Below, one piece after another: positions 42,723 to 53,128 of a DNA stretch of 64,000 nucleotides. This stretch comes from an uncultured Clostridia bacterium. Lineage in GTDB: Bacteria > Bacillota > Clostridia > Christensenellales > CAG-138. The DNA is taken from contig CAMOTD010000005.1 in NCBI GenBank assembly GCA_946625575.1, positions 34,000-97,999 on the forward strand. The letters run 5' to 3'. Both the position numbers and the translations under genes were made by a program. Every line of letters starts with the position of its first letter. Within the stretch, counting starts at the first letter, position 1. The notes under the pieces were generated by a model that was given only the letters and a program-made list of their open reading frames with translations, ran no database searches and was not told where the DNA came from.

Positions 42723-43163
42723 ATGAAAAAACATCTTATTATTATAGCGCTGCTTTTGGTCATGGCGGCGTTCGCCGGCTGCGTGCAAAGGATAGATCTC
42801 TCCCTGCCGGAGAGCCCGCGCGCATTTGACACGGGGACTTACGTCAACCCTGACGATCCGGACGATACCTATGCGACGATCCGGCTGGACGGCAGGGTCT
42901 ACGCAGTCTGCGGGACGACCGCGTCGCGCATGACCGGAAAGGACGTGGGCAAATGCCTCGGCTATATCGTGCAGGACGGCGAGGAGCGCATGGACGACCG
43001 CGTGTTTCCGCTTTCCGCCGATCCGGAGAGGAATTATCTCGTCGTGATCACCGTAAACGGCTTCATGGATCAGCCTATCTTTTACCGCGCGCTCGACACC
43101 GCGGGAAAGGATATCGAAACGCCCGCCTTCGTGCAGAGTCTTGATTACGGGATATGGAACTGA
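42723..43163 (+). CDS. hypothetical lipoprotein
   Basis: Signal peptide plus lipobox MKKHLIIIALLLVMAAFAGC. GGAG RBS. Confidence 0.7.
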   Translation: MKKHLIIIALLLVMAAFAGCVQRIDLSLPESPRAFDTGTYVNPDDPDDTYATIRLDGRVYAVCGTTASRMTGKDVGKCLGYIVQDGEERMDDRVFPLSADPERNYLVVITVNGFMDQPIFYRALDTAGKDIETPAFVQSLDYGIWN

Positions 43164-43173
43164 ACTGAATACG

Positions 43174-43209
43174 AAAACGTCCCGGAGCATACCGCTCCGG
43201 GACGTTTTT
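43174..43209. terminator. bidirectional intrinsic terminator
   Basis: AAAACGTCCCGGAGC-atacc-GCTCCGGGACGTTTTT. Confidence 0.85.
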
Positions 43210-43220
43210 CCTTTATTTCG

Positions 43221-45797
43221 TCAGACGATCTTAAGTCCCTTCTCGTCCGCGTCCACGGTGAGCGTGGAGTAGGGCGCGGGATCGTCGGCGAGTATCTTCC
43301 TCGCGAGCATGGTCTCGACGTTCTGTGCGATGAACCGCTTTAAGGGTCTTGCGCCAAACTGCGCGTCGGAGCCGTTCCTCACGATATAGGCGAGCGCGTT
43401 CTCGGTGATGTCAAGGTTCAGCGTGCGCTCCTTCATGCGGGAGGCGAGCTTCTTTACCATAAGCTTTACGATCTCGGTCATGTCTGCGGTGGAGAGCGGC
43501 TTGAACATGACGGTCTCGTCGAGACGGTTCAAAAACTCGGGGCGGAAATGCGACCGCAGGAGCCTCGTCACAGCCGCCTTCGTTTCGTCGGTGATCGAGC
43601 CGGAGCCCAGATCCTCAAGCAGAAGATCGCTGCCCAAATTGCTCGTCATTATTATGATCGTGTTCTTGAAGTCGACCGTCCTGCCCTGACCGTCCGTGGC
43701 TCTGCCGTCGTCCAGCACCTGCAGGAGCACGTTAAGAACGTCCGGGTGCGCCTTTTCGATCTCGTCGAAGAGCACCACGGCGTAGGGCTTCCTCCTTACC
43801 GCCTCGGTAAGCTGACCGCCCTCGTCGTAACCCACGTATCCCGGAGGGGCGCCGAGGAGCCTCGACACGGAGTATTTCTCCATATACTCGCTCATGTCGA
43901 TGCGGACGATGCTTCTTTCATCGTCGAAGAGCGCCTCGGCAAGCGCCTTCGCAAGCTCCGTCTTGCCGACGCCCGTGGGACCCAGGAACAGGAACGAGCC
44001 GACCGGTCTGTTGGGGTCCTGAATGCCCGCGCGGGAGCGGAGTATCGCGTCCGCTACCGCCTCGACCGCCTCGTTCTGACCGATGACCCTTTCGTGGAGC
44101 TTGTCGTCGAGCTTCAACAGCTTCTCGCGCTCCGACTCCATCAGCTTCGTCACGGGGATGCCGGTCCAGCGGGCGACTATGCGCGCGATCTCATCCTCGG
44201 TCACGCGGTCGCGCAGGAGCGTATCGTCACTGTCGGCAAGGGCTTTTTCCTTCTCCTCGAGCTCCGCCTTCAATCTGGGCAGCTCGCCGTAGCGGATCTC
44301 GGCGACTTTGTTGAGGTCGTACTCGTTCTCCGCCTTCTGCATCCTCGCGTTGGCGGCGTCGATCTGGGCGCGCACCTTCTGCACCGCCTCTATCTCGGAC
44401 TTCTCCTCGTCGAATTTCGCCTTCATCACGTTGAACTTGTCGCGCTCCTCCGCAAGCTCCTTCTGCAGAGCTTCGAGCCTGTCCTGAGAGATGCGGTCGG
44501 TCTCCTTCTTCAATGCCGCCTCCTCGATCTCGAGCTGCATCACGTGACGCCTTACGTCGTCTATCTCGGAGGGCATCGAGTTGATCTCGGTCTTAATGAG
44601 CGCACACGCCTCGTCCACAAGGTCGATCGCCTTGTCGGGCAGGAACCTGTCGGAGATATAGCGGCTCGAAAGCTCCGCCGCTGCAATGAGCGCCGCGTCG
44701 TTTATCTTGACGCCGTGGAACACCTCATATCTCTCCTTCAGTCCGCGGAGTATCGAAACGGTATCCTCCACGCTCGGCTCGTCGACCATCACGGGCTGGA
44801 AACGCCTCTCGAGCGCTGCGTCCTTCTCGATGTACTTGCGGTACTCGTCAAGCGTCGTCGCGCCTATGCAGTGGAGCTCGCCGCGCGCCAGCATGGGCTT
44901 CAATATGTTGCCCGCGTCCATCGCGCCGTCGGTCTTGCCCGCGCCGACTATTGTGTGGAGCTCGTCGATGAAGAGGATTATCCTGCCGTTGCTCTCCTTG
45001 ATCTCGGAGAGCACCGCCTTGAGCCGTTCCTCGAACTCGCCGCGGTATTTGGCTCCCGCGACCAGCGCGCCCATATCAAGGCTGAAAACGCTCCTGTCCT
45101 TAAGGTTCTCGGGCACGTCGCCGCGGACGATGCGCAGTGCAAGCCCCTCCGCAATAGCCGTTTTGCCGACGCCCGGCTCGCCGATGAGGCAGGGGTTGTT
45201 CTTGGTCTTTCGGGAGAGGATGCGGATCACGTTGCGGATCTCGTCGTCGCGCCCGATGACGGGATCGAGCTTCTGCTCGCGGGCAAGCTCAACAAGATCC
45301 TGCCCGTATTTTTTCAGCGCATCGTAGGTCGATTCGGGATCGTCTCCCGTCACGGGGCGGTTCTTCCGGACCTCCTTCAATACGGCGAGGAAGCCCGCCT
45401 CGGTTATGCCGTAACGCTTCAGTATGGGCTTCACCGTCTGATCCGCCTTGTCCATTATGCCGAGGAACAGATGCTCCACGCTCGTGTACTCGTCGTGCAT
45501 CTGGGCGGCGCGCTTTTCGGCGGCGTCGAGCGCGGCGGCAAGCTGCGGCGAAGCGTAGCTCTCCTGTGCGGAGGAGCCCCTCGCAAGGGCGCCGATCGCG
45601 CTTTCGCATTCGTTGGAAACAAGGGCGGGATCCGCTCCCAGCTTCTTCAAAAGGGCGGGGATCAGCCCGTCGTTCTGCGAAACGAGCGCATACAGAAGAT
45701 GCACCTCGTCCACAGTCGTATTGCTGTTGGAGGCGGCGACGCTCTGCGCGCGCTGTATCGCCTCGATCGATTTCTGTGTCAGTTTGTTGGCGTTCAT
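43221..45797 (-). CDS. clpB: ATP-dependent chaperone ClpB
   Basis: 858 aa. Clp N domain, two AAA+ modules ([24 protein letters not shown]) and a long coiled-coil M domain between them. GAGGTGAT RBS. Confidence 0.95.
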   Translation of the reverse strand: MNANKLTQKSIEAIQRAQSVAASNSNTTVDEVHLLYALVSQNDGLIPALLKKLGADPALVSNECESAIGALARGSSAQESYASPQLAAALDAAEKRAAQMHDEYTSVEHLFLGIMDKADQTVKPILKRYGITEAGFLAVLKEVRKNRPVTGDDPESTYDALKKYGQDLVELAREQKLDPVIGRDDEIRNVIRILSRKTKNNPCLIGEPGVGKTAIAEGLALRIVRGDVPENLKDRSVFSLDMGALVAGAKYRGEFEERLKAVLSEIKESNGRIILFIDELHTIVGAGKTDGAMDAGNILKPMLARGELHCIGATTLDEYRKYIEKDAALERRFQPVMVDEPSVEDTVSILRGLKERYEVFHGVKINDAALIAAAELSSRYISDRFLPDKAIDLVDEACALIKTEINSMPSEIDDVRRHVMQLEIEEAALKKETDRISQDRLEALQKELAEERDKFNVMKAKFDEEKSEIEAVQKVRAQIDAANARMQKAENEYDLNKVAEIRYGELPRLKAELEEKEKALADSDDTLLRDRVTEDEIARIVARWTGIPVTKLMESEREKLLKLDDKLHERVIGQNEAVEAVADAILRSRAGIQDPNRPVGSFLFLGPTGVGKTELAKALAEALFDDERSIVRIDMSEYMEKYSVSRLLGAPPGYVGYDEGGQLTEAVRRKPYAVVLFDEIEKAHPDVLNVLLQVLDDGRATDGQGRTVDFKNTIIIMTSNLGSDLLLEDLGSGSITDETKAAVTRLLRSHFRPEFLNRLDETVMFKPLSTADMTEIVKLMVKKLASRMKERTLNLDITENALAYIVRNGSDAQFGARPLKRFIAQNVETMLARKILADDPAPYSTLTVDADEKGLKIV

Positions 45798-45815
45798 ATT
45801 ATCACCTCACTATAA

Positions 45816-46020
45816 TTCTTCCTATTTGGCTCCCCTATTTATAGGGGAGCTGTCAGCCGGGCGCAGCCCGAGCTGACTGAGAGGTTCTTCCTATTGTTTC
45901 CCCTATTCATAGGGGAGCTGTCAGCCGGGCGAAGCCCGTGCTGACTGAGAGGTCTTTCCTATTGTTTCACCTATTTATAGGGGAGTTGTCAGCCGGGCGC
46001 AGCCCGTGCAGACTGAGAGG
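45816..46020 (-). repeat. three tandem 68-69 bp two-hairpin units in the clpB leader (same family as 36402-36581)
   Basis: Minus-strand unit: CCTCTCAG-TCAGCTCGGGCtgcGCCCGGCTGA-CAG-CTCCCCTATaaATAGGGGAG-CCAAATAGGAAGAA. Unit starts (plus strand) at 45816, 45885 and 45953. Confidence 0.85.
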
Positions 46021-46023
46021 TCC

Positions 46024-46671
46024 TTACATTATAACTTCATTGTTCCTTACGTACTCCGCCATACGCTTCTCCGCGGCGGCGGCAGCGGAAGCGGGGTCGT
46101 TCACGCGGTCGAAAAACGCCTTCATCGCGCCGTCGAACGCGTTTATGTACGCGGCTATCGCGGAGCCGTCTGCCTGCTCGACTATCCTGCCGTCCTTCTT
46201 GAAATGCGGCACGAGCTTCCTCGTGAGCCTGCCCGGCTCGAAGGATACGTCCGTCTTGCCGATGTACGCCTCCTCGAGCTTCTGCCAAAGGCGGAAGAAC
46301 TGGAGGAGCATCAGCGTAAAGCCGTCGCTCCTGCTCCTGACCTGGGCGCGCAGCTCGCCGATGGAGGCGCCTTCCCGCCCGAGCGCCACGGTGTAGCGCA
46401 CCGTGGGATTGTACTTGTACGATATTGCGGAACGCAGCCGCATCGTCGAGTCGGTCGATTCGCCGAGCATGGGAAGCAGCGTTTCCTCAAGCATATCCTC
46501 CATACGGCGGAAAATATCGCGCGAGCGCATCTCGCGCGTGGTGCAGCCCACCTTTTCGGCAAGCAGCCTGTTGATGAGCGCCGATCTGCTCACGCCTTCG
46601 GCATACGCCATGCGGTCGAGGAGCGCGATCACTTCGTCATCAAGCAGAAGTGAATAGATGCTTTTGCTCAT
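46024..46671 (-). CDS. ribbon-helix-helix (CopG/Arc-type) domain protein with ~165-aa C-terminal extension
   Basis: N-terminus SLLLDDEVIALLDRMAYAEGVSRSALINRLLAEKV fits an RHH beta-alpha-alpha. The rest is unrecognised. Confidence 0.6.
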   Translation of the reverse strand: MSKSIYSLLLDDEVIALLDRMAYAEGVSRSALINRLLAEKVGCTTREMRSRDIFRRMEDMLEETLLPMLGESTDSTMRLRSAISYKYNPTVRYTVALGREGASIGELRAQVRSRSDGFTLMLLQFFRLWQKLEEAYIGKTDVSFEPGRLTRKLVPHFKKDGRIVEQADGSAIAAYINAFDGAMKAFFDRVNDPASAAAAAEKRMAEYVRNNEVIM

Positions 46672-46856
46672 ATTACCGATCCTTTCTCAAGTTTCTTACA
46701 ATAACATTATATCACCGAAATAATAATTTGCAACACAAACTAATAATATATTATGCACAAATGCAGGAAGGACGACCGTCCTTTGGGCACATCTCCTTAA
46801 GTGAATGCACCCATGGGCGTCGTCCTTCATTTTTATAGGTATCTGTTGTTAAGATC

Positions 46857-47114
46857 TCATTGCGCCCACTCCTCGGGGATTCCCTCGAACACCACCTTGA
46901 CGACTCCGTCCGACGGGGAGGGCTCCTGCGATCTTGATTTCGCCAGATCGAACGCGAGCTTGACCGCGCTCAATCTGTCCGACGCCTTGAGCGTGTCGTC
47001 GCAGAGCATCGCCTCAAGGCTGTCGAGCGCCGAGCACATGAGCTTTTCAAGCCTGCGCTCCGTCTTTTGAGCGCCGCGCTTCGAGGCGGGCGCTTTTTTG
47101 CTTTCGTCGGGCAT
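46857..47114 (-). CDS. hypothetical small protein (phage small-terminase-N-terminus-like helices?)
   Basis: Start at MPDESKK (AAAGGAGG RBS, 10-nt spacing). ...DRLSAVKLAFDLAKS... Assignment weak. Confidence 0.45.
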   Translation of the reverse strand: MPDESKKAPASKRGAQKTERRLEKLMCSALDSLEAMLCDDTLKASDRLSAVKLAFDLAKSRSQEPSPSDGVVKVVFEGIPEEWAQ

Positions 47115-47308
47115 TTTGATCATGCCTCCTTTCATTGTTGTCCCATATAATATTATAGCACAACTGTTCTTAAAAATCAAACCTCGGCAGGCGTATAACT
47201 ACAAAAAGTAATAATAAACCCCATAACGAGGCGCATTTTAGGTACTCAACCACCTGTAAAACATGTACGGGGCGACCGAGAAAATTAGAAAAAATGTTCT
47301 AAATACTA

Positions 47309-47338
47309 TTGACAATGGAACTAATGTTCTGATATAAT
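47309..47338 (+). promoter_or_regulatory. consensus promoter of the phage-like module
   Basis: TTGACA (47309-47314), 18 nt, TATAAT (47333-47338). Direct repeat AATGTTCT at 47293 and 47323. Confidence 0.65.
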
Positions 47339-47407
47339 GAATATGCAGGATAAAAACCCGCCCAAAAAACAATATAGTCAACGCTTCAAAAACGGGAGGT
47401 AAAAGAA

Positions 47408-47638
47408 ATGGAAAAGGATCTCAATTGCCTCACCGAGACGGTCCTGGCGGGTTCGCCCGCCGACCGTCCCTGGGAGGGGTGCATCAACTCCGTAAACTAT
47501 CGCGTGCCGAGGGGAGTAAAGGTAAGCCTGCCGCGCTTCCTCGCGGAGCATATCGAAAGGACGGAGGCGGAGAAAAGGACGGCGGAGGAAAACGCCGCGC
47601 GGCTCGCCTCGAAATCAAGGACGCCAATAATATTATAA
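47408..47638 (+). CDS. hypothetical protein
   Basis: GGGAGG RBS. 76 aa. No recognised motif. Confidence 0.55.
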   Translation: MEKDLNCLTETVLAGSPADRPWEGCINSVNYRVPRGVKVSLPRFLAEHIERTEAEKRTAEENAARLASKSRTPIIL

Positions 47639-47656
47639 AAAGGAGAAACAAACAGA

Positions 47657-48193
47657 ATGACACTTAACGACATACTCGTATCCGCGCTCGCGCAGCTCGA
47701 CAGAGGGCACGACGTACAGACGATGGAGGCATTCCGTGCAAGGCTCACGGATTTTGCAAACGACGCGCAGTCGGATCTGGCGAGGGCGATCGGCTTTACC
47801 AAGACGGAGACCGTCGTCCCCTCGAACGGAATAGTCGACATCTCGGAGCTTTCGAGAAACTGCATCAAGGTCGTGAAGACTTGTCAGATGGGGCACGAGG
47901 TAAAGTTTATGAGGGGCGACACCGGCGTGATCGCTCTGCCATATAACGAACCGGTCACGATCACGTACCGATGCGAGCCGAAACGTCTTGCCGTGCCGAC
48001 GGACGAAAGCGAGCTGCCCGAGCAAACGCACGGACTGATAGTGACTTACGTCGTGGGAAGGGAGCGCATGGCGGGCGACGCCTCCACACAGGGCGGCGCA
48101 AACATCTATCTTTCCATGTACGAGGCGGCGAAGGCGAGCTTAAGACCCCACCTCGGCGACAGCGGGAGCTACCGCATTATCAATCGCTGGTAA
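47657..48193 (+). CDS. hypothetical protein, possibly a phage head-tail adaptor-like structural protein
   Basis: AAGGAG RBS. 178 aa. Only general resemblance to phage adaptor proteins. Confidence 0.45.
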   Translation: MTLNDILVSALAQLDRGHDVQTMEAFRARLTDFANDAQSDLARAIGFTKTETVVPSNGIVDISELSRNCIKVVKTCQMGHEVKFMRGDTGVIALPYNEPVTITYRCEPKRLAVPTDESELPEQTHGLIVTYVVGRERMAGDASTQGGANIYLSMYEAAKASLRPHLGDSGSYRIINRW

Positions 48194-48202
48194 GGGGGAA
48201 GC

Positions 48203-49624
48203 ATGGCAGGATTCACATACAGGATAGAAAGCTTCCGCGGGCTCGACCAAAGCCGCGACGAAAGCCTTATTTCGCCCGCGTACTCGCCCGACGCAATGAA
48301 TATGGACGCCTCGGACGGCGATCTTGCCGTCACGAAGGGCTTTTCCAAGCTCCTTTCCGCGCCGGTGCCCGTGGTCGGCACGAGCGGCGTCGACCGGATC
48401 TGCTTCTTCCGCAACTCCTCGACGGAGATACCCCTCGCGCTCTCGGGCGGCTACATCTACCGCTATGACTCCGACGAGGACGAATGGGTGCACGCGTATT
48501 CGTACCCGCTCGTGCTGGAGCGCAGGCACTATTCCGTGCTTATGACCAGGATAGGCATGACGGATTACATGCTCATCGCAGACGGCGTAAACAGCATATT
48601 GAAGTTCGACGGCGAGACGTTCTCGCTCTTCGGCTCGGAGGAGGCGTGCTCGAATATCGAGGTGAGCTATATCGCCATGTTCCGCGGCAGGCTCTTCGCC
48701 GCCGGAAATTTCGATCACCCCAACAGGCTCTATTACTCAAAGCTGCCGGGCGGCGACAGGACCATCGAGGATTGGGGTCCCGATGAGGATTCGCCCGCTG
48801 TCGAGGGCGGACACGTGGAGATCGGCACGACCTCCGGCGATCCCATCACGGCGATCTGCGCGATATCCAATCAGCTGCTCATATTCAAGAAGAACAGCAT
48901 TTACAGGCTCATCGGCGACAGACCTTCGAATTATAATATAGAGCTCATCAAGACCGATTCGACTTTCGTTTCGGATACCGCGACCGCGGTCTGGCGCGAC
49001 GTAGTCTATTACGTTACGGAGGGCGGGCTCCACTGCTTCAACGGCGTGGACGCAGCGCCCATGCCCGATGCGCGCATGATAAAGCATATCATGCAAGGCG
49101 CCGATACGACCGACACGCGCATGGCGGTGGCGGGGGACAAGCTGTATTTCACGCTGACGACAGCCGGTGGACCGCGGCTCATAGAGTACGACCTGACCGA
49201 AAGGCGCTATATGCAGTACGGCGGCTTCAGGGCGACCGACGTTGCGGGCAGGGACGGCGGGCTGGTGCTTGCTTCGAGCGAACGCTTTATCGAGAAATGG
49301 GGCGAGGGCGATTCCTTCGACGGCACGCCCATCGAGGCGTATTGGAACACACCGCTGACGGACCTCGGCGACAAATCGGCGATAAAGACGCTCCGCGAGC
49401 TCTATCTTCGAGGCGAGGGCAGGGCTGCGGTCACCGCCGATATCGGCGCGGTCTCGGATGAGTATTCGCTCCTTCTGCCCGCCTCGAGGGCGGAGGTGCT
49501 CGAAACGCCGCTCAAAAACGAGGGAAGGACGCTTCGCCTCCGCTTTGCAAATGAGAACGGGTCGTTCTTCCGCCTGGTCGGAGGGGCGGAGCTCGAAATG
49601 GGAGTAAGAAGGAGGACCGAATAG
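48203..49624 (+). CDS. hypothetical 473-aa protein, possibly a phage structural (beta-rich) protein
   Basis: GGGGGAAG RBS. Repetitive beta-strand-like segments (LYYSK..., IYRLIGD..., VYYVTEGGLHCF..., KLYFTL...). No family recognised. Confidence 0.5.
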   Translation: MAGFTYRIESFRGLDQSRDESLISPAYSPDAMNMDASDGDLAVTKGFSKLLSAPVPVVGTSGVDRICFFRNSSTEIPLALSGGYIYRYDSDEDEWVHAYSYPLVLERRHYSVLMTRIGMTDYMLIADGVNSILKFDGETFSLFGSEEACSNIEVSYIAMFRGRLFAAGNFDHPNRLYYSKLPGGDRTIEDWGPDEDSPAVEGGHVEIGTTSGDPITAICAISNQLLIFKKNSIYRLIGDRPSNYNIELIKTDSTFVSDTATAVWRDVVYYVTEGGLHCFNGVDAAPMPDARMIKHIMQGADTTDTRMAVAGDKLYFTLTTAGGPRLIEYDLTERRYMQYGGFRATDVAGRDGGLVLASSERFIEKWGEGDSFDGTPIEAYWNTPLTDLGDKSAIKTLRELYLRGEGRAAVTADIGAVSDEYSLLLPASRAEVLETPLKNEGRTLRLRFANENGSFFRLVGGAELEMGVRRRTE

Positions 49625-49655
49625 TGCGTAAAAACGGAAAGGAATGTGAAACGAT

Positions 49656-49853
49656 ATGGAAATGAGGGCGCTTTACCCCGTGAACCTTCCCACCGAGCGC
49701 GATGGGGACGACAAAAAAGCCCACGAGGATTGGATAAAAAAGAACGAGAGCTGTCTTAACATAAACTTTTCGCTGATCGCCGAAAAGATCGCCGAGCTGG
49801 AGCTTCGCACGGCGATACTGGAGGAAGCCATGTCGGAGCGAAACCGAGGCTGA
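49656..49853 (+). CDS. hypothetical small coiled-coil protein
   Basis: 65-aa ORF ending in ...IAELELRTAILEEAMSERNRG. Confidence 0.45.
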   Translation: MEMRALYPVNLPTERDGDDKKAHEDWIKKNESCLNINFSLIAEKIAELELRTAILEEAMSERNRG

Positions 49854-49905
49854 TGGGCGGCATGGCGGACGGGGAAAAAGCGGCAAGCCGCCGTAAAATG
49901 CGTGC

Positions 49906-49950
49906 AAAAAGGGGAGGACTGTGTATGCGGCAGTCCTCCCCGTATTCATT
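49906..49950. terminator. bidirectional intrinsic terminator
   Basis: AAAAAGGGGAGGACTG-tgtatgcgg-CAGTCCTCCCC. The T-run sits on the minus strand, downstream of the ABC permease. Confidence 0.7.
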
Positions 49951-49968
49951 TCGTTCGCGTATCGCTCG

Positions 49969-52356
49969 TTATTCGACGTCCTTGAGCGCCTCGACCATAT
50001 CGATCTTCCTGTTCTTCCGCGCGACCATAACGCCCACCAGCAGCGATACCCCGAAGGTCAGCAGTATCGAGACGATGTACGTTACGGGGCCGAGCGTCAT
50101 CTTCAGCTCGTATTCGGATGCGAGCGCTTTCTGCAGCCAATAGAGCACGGCGACTCCCGCAGGCAGACCTATTATGACGCCTATGATCGTCAGCCAGATG
50201 TTCTGCGATATCAGCAGTCTGCCTATCTTGCCGCTCCTGAAGCCGAGAACCTTCAGCGTCGCAAGCTCCCTTGAACGCTCCACGTAGCTCATTATGCCGA
50301 GGTTGTAAAGCACCACTATGCCGAGTATCACCGCGGCGACTACGAGTATTATCACCATGCCGTCGAGTATCTTCACAAAGCTTGCGAAGCTGTCCATAAG
50401 CTGGCGCTTATCCTGTTTGCCGGAGATGAGCCCGGAAGCGGGTATGCTGCCGGAAGACCGGTTCGTATAGACGGCTGAAACGCTGTGGTCTATGCCCAGC
50501 TCATCCGCGAGCTTTTCGGTCATCGTGACCGTTTCGGTCATAATGGAGCGGTTGTAGCCGACCACCTTCACGCGGTACGTCTTCTCGCTCCCGTACGGCG
50601 AAAACTCGATCCAGTCGCCTATCTTCGCCTTGTTCGCAAGCCTGAGACAGAGATATACGCCGTCGTCGCTCAGCTCGATCGGGCGGTTGGATCTGTCGAC
50701 TATGTCGATGAGTCCCTTTTCGTTGCTGACAATATCGAGCGTCGCGGTATAGCCGTCTATCGAAATGCCGGAATAGCTTTCCCAGTCGCCGTCAAGCTCG
50801 TCTATGAGCTCCTTCACCGCTTCCGGGTCCGCCTGCTCGGCAAGATTGACCTTCGTCGCGTAGTGGGATACGCCGTTTTCGAGCAGATCGAGGAAGCTGC
50901 TCATAGTGTCCCGCATGCCGAGACCGCCGACAAGGAGTATCATGCAGCCGACGATGCCGAGGAGCGTCATTGCGAAACGGCTCTTGTGCCGCATGAGATC
51001 GCGCAGGTTCCATTTGACCGAAAAGCCCAGCTTGTCAAACCCCGGGAGCTTTTCTATAAAGGACTTCTTTATATTGCTCGGGATGTACGGACGGAGCGCG
51101 TCGGCGGCGGTGCCCTTGAGCTGCGCCCTTACCGAAAGGAAGCTGATCAGCGCGAGCAGCGCTGTCGTGCCGAAGAGTACCGGGTAACAGAACGCGGGAA
51201 CGACCGAAGTCCAGTCGGGCATGTCGAAATACGTGCCCATCATGCCGCCTTCGCTCATTATCGCCCTGCAGACGAAGTATCCCAGCACCGCTCCGAGAGC
51301 CGTACCGCAAATACCGATAAACAGACCGTACACCGAGTAGTGCAGGAGTATCGTCCTGTTCTTGAAGCCGAGCGCCTTGAGAATGCCTATCTGGGTCTTT
51401 TCCTTCGCGGCTATGCGGTGCATCGTCGTGACCATCGTCAGCACGGCGATGGCAAGGAAGAGCACGGGCAGTATCGAGCCCATCGTCTTGCCCTCCGTGG
51501 CTTCGCCCATAGCCTCCTTGTAAACGATATGGTCGCTCTTCGGGACCACCATCAGCGTCCGTCCGAGCTTTTCTTTTACCGCGTCCTCAAGCTCGGTCTT
51601 GTCCATTCCGGAACGCAGGTTTATCTGGGAGAAGACCTTGTCGGACGCCTGCTCGAGCATATCGTCCGTGTAAAGAGCCTTCGCCTGCTCCTCGGCGGCG
51701 TCCGGCGAAAGCCCGGCGCTCTGAAGCTCTTCCGCGATATCCGCCGTGATCCTTTCTTTAAGCGTCTCCCTGAGCTTCGCGGGGGAGATGTACGCGAATC
51801 CGAACACGCTGTAATCGGGCATGACCTGGTTGTCGTCCGCAACGCAGATCATATGCTCGCCGGATTTAATCAGACCGACCGTTTCGCCGGTCATCTCCGT
51901 CCCGTTGAATTCGAGAGTGACGACGTCGCCGAGCGAGATACCGTTTGCCGCGGCGAATTTGTCGGAAAGCCATATGCCGCCGCCGTTCTCGTCGTATGCG
52001 CTGCCGCTCATTACGGTAAATGTCGAGACCGTGTAGTTCTCCGAAACGTCGAGCGCGAGCGCCTTTTTGCTGTCGCCCCTCATCTCGAGGTTGACCGAAA
52101 GATACCTCGTCGCCGCGTCTACGCCGTCGATCGAGGCGATCTTCTCAAGCTCGTCCTTCGTGAAGCCCGTTTCGGAATACAGGCGGAAGTCGGCGTAATT
52201 CGTATCCTCGAAGAAGTTCAGCACGTCGTATTCGATCGTTTTCCACTCCATGTTGAAGCCGAGGAAAATGCCTATTCCGAGCGTCATCATCACGATCATG
52301 GAGATGAACTGCGCCTTGTAGCTCCACGCCGTGCGCAGCAGTTTGCGAAGAAGCAT
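49969..52356 (-). CDS. FtsX-family ABC transporter permease (MacB-like, two FtsX modules)
   Basis: Two 4-TM FtsX-type blocks separated by large extracytoplasmic domains. The ATG at 52356 overlaps the ATPase stop (TGATG); the ORF track starts at a GTG at 52362. Confidence 0.85.
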   Translation of the reverse strand: MLLRKLLRTAWSYKAQFISMIVMMTLGIGIFLGFNMEWKTIEYDVLNFFEDTNYADFRLYSETGFTKDELEKIASIDGVDAATRYLSVNLEMRGDSKKALALDVSENYTVSTFTVMSGSAYDENGGGIWLSDKFAAANGISLGDVVTLEFNGTEMTGETVGLIKSGEHMICVADDNQVMPDYSVFGFAYISPAKLRETLKERITADIAEELQSAGLSPDAAEEQAKALYTDDMLEQASDKVFSQINLRSGMDKTELEDAVKEKLGRTLMVVPKSDHIVYKEAMGEATEGKTMGSILPVLFLAIAVLTMVTTMHRIAAKEKTQIGILKALGFKNRTILLHYSVYGLFIGICGTALGAVLGYFVCRAIMSEGGMMGTYFDMPDWTSVVPAFCYPVLFGTTALLALISFLSVRAQLKGTAADALRPYIPSNIKKSFIEKLPGFDKLGFSVKWNLRDLMRHKSRFAMTLLGIVGCMILLVGGLGMRDTMSSFLDLLENGVSHYATKVNLAEQADPEAVKELIDELDGDWESYSGISIDGYTATLDIVSNEKGLIDIVDRSNRPIELSDDGVYLCLRLANKAKIGDWIEFSPYGSEKTYRVKVVGYNRSIMTETVTMTEKLADELGIDHSVSAVYTNRSSGSIPASGLISGKQDKRQLMDSFASFVKILDGMVIILVVAAVILGIVVLYNLGIMSYVERSRELATLKVLGFRSGKIGRLLISQNIWLTIIGVIIGLPAGVAVLYWLQKALASEYELKMTLGPVTYIVSILLTFGVSLLVGVMVARKNRKIDMVEALKDVE

Positions 52357-53060
52357 CACCACTCCACCTCGTCAGCGGAAAGCGGGTTTTCCTGCTCCTC
52401 TATCGAGCGGATCTTTCCGTTCTTGACGCGGATCACGACGTCCGCCATCTTTGCGATATTCTGGTTATGCGTGACGATAACGATCGTCTTGCCGTAATTC
52501 TTCGCCATATCCAGCAGCAGCTTCAGCACCATAACGCCCGTTTCGGAATCGAGCGCGCCGGTCGGCTCGTCGCAGAGCAGTATCTTCGGGTTTTTGCACA
52601 GCGCCCTCGCGATGGATATGCGCTGCTGCTCGCCGCCTGAAAGCTCGGAAGGGAAGTTGTTGAGATGGTCGAGGAGCCCGACCTTCGAGATAGTCTCCTT
52701 CGCGTCGAGCGCATCCCTCGAGATCTCCGAAACGAGCTTCACGTTCTCGTAAACGGTGAGCGTGGGTATCAGGTTGTAAAACTGGAAAACGAATCCGACC
52801 GTCGAGGCGCGGTAATCCGCAAGCTCGTTGTCGGTCAGCTTCGAGATATCGCCGCCGCATACGGTGATGGTCCCCTCGCTGGGGCTGTCGAGCCCGCCGA
52901 GCAGGTTCAAAAGCGTGCTTTTGCCCGCGCCGGAAGGGCCGAGTATGACTACGAATTTTCCCTCGTCGAGCGTGAAGCTCACGTTGTCGAGCGCGCGCAG
53001 CTCATGGTCGCCGCTCGTATAGATCCTTGAAACGTTCTTGAATTGTACTATGGACATCAT
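52356..53060 (-). CDS. ABC transporter ATP-binding protein (MacB/LolD type)
   Basis: Walker [10 protein letters not shown], signature LSGGEQQR, Walker [13 protein letters not shown]. The start may be the second ATG (53057). Confidence 0.9.
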   Translation of the reverse strand: MMSIVQFKNVSRIYTSGDHELRALDNVSFTLDEGKFVVILGPSGAGKSTLLNLLGGLDSPSEGTITVCGGDISKLTDNELADYRASTVGFVFQFYNLIPTLTVYENVKLVSEISRDALDAKETISKVGLLDHLNNFPSELSGGEQQRISIARALCKNPKILLCDEPTGALDSETGVMVLKLLLDMAKNYGKTIVIVTHNQNIAKMADVVIRVKNGKIRSIEEQENPLSADEVEW

Positions 53061-53128
53061 TTCCTCCGATCATGATCAAGACCCGGGGCAAACGTCATGG
53101 CACGGCGCCTGCTCCCGGGTCTCTTCAA

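Noticed and set aside
46766-46828. Tiny peptide ORFs inside the 23-nt motif, from AAGGAGATG on the complementary strand.
   Set aside because: The SD-like AAGGAG abuts the ATG with no spacer. The downstream peptides differ completely between copies: MCPKDGRPSCICA at 46.8 kb versus MYPFRTVFFIMR at 26.6 kb.
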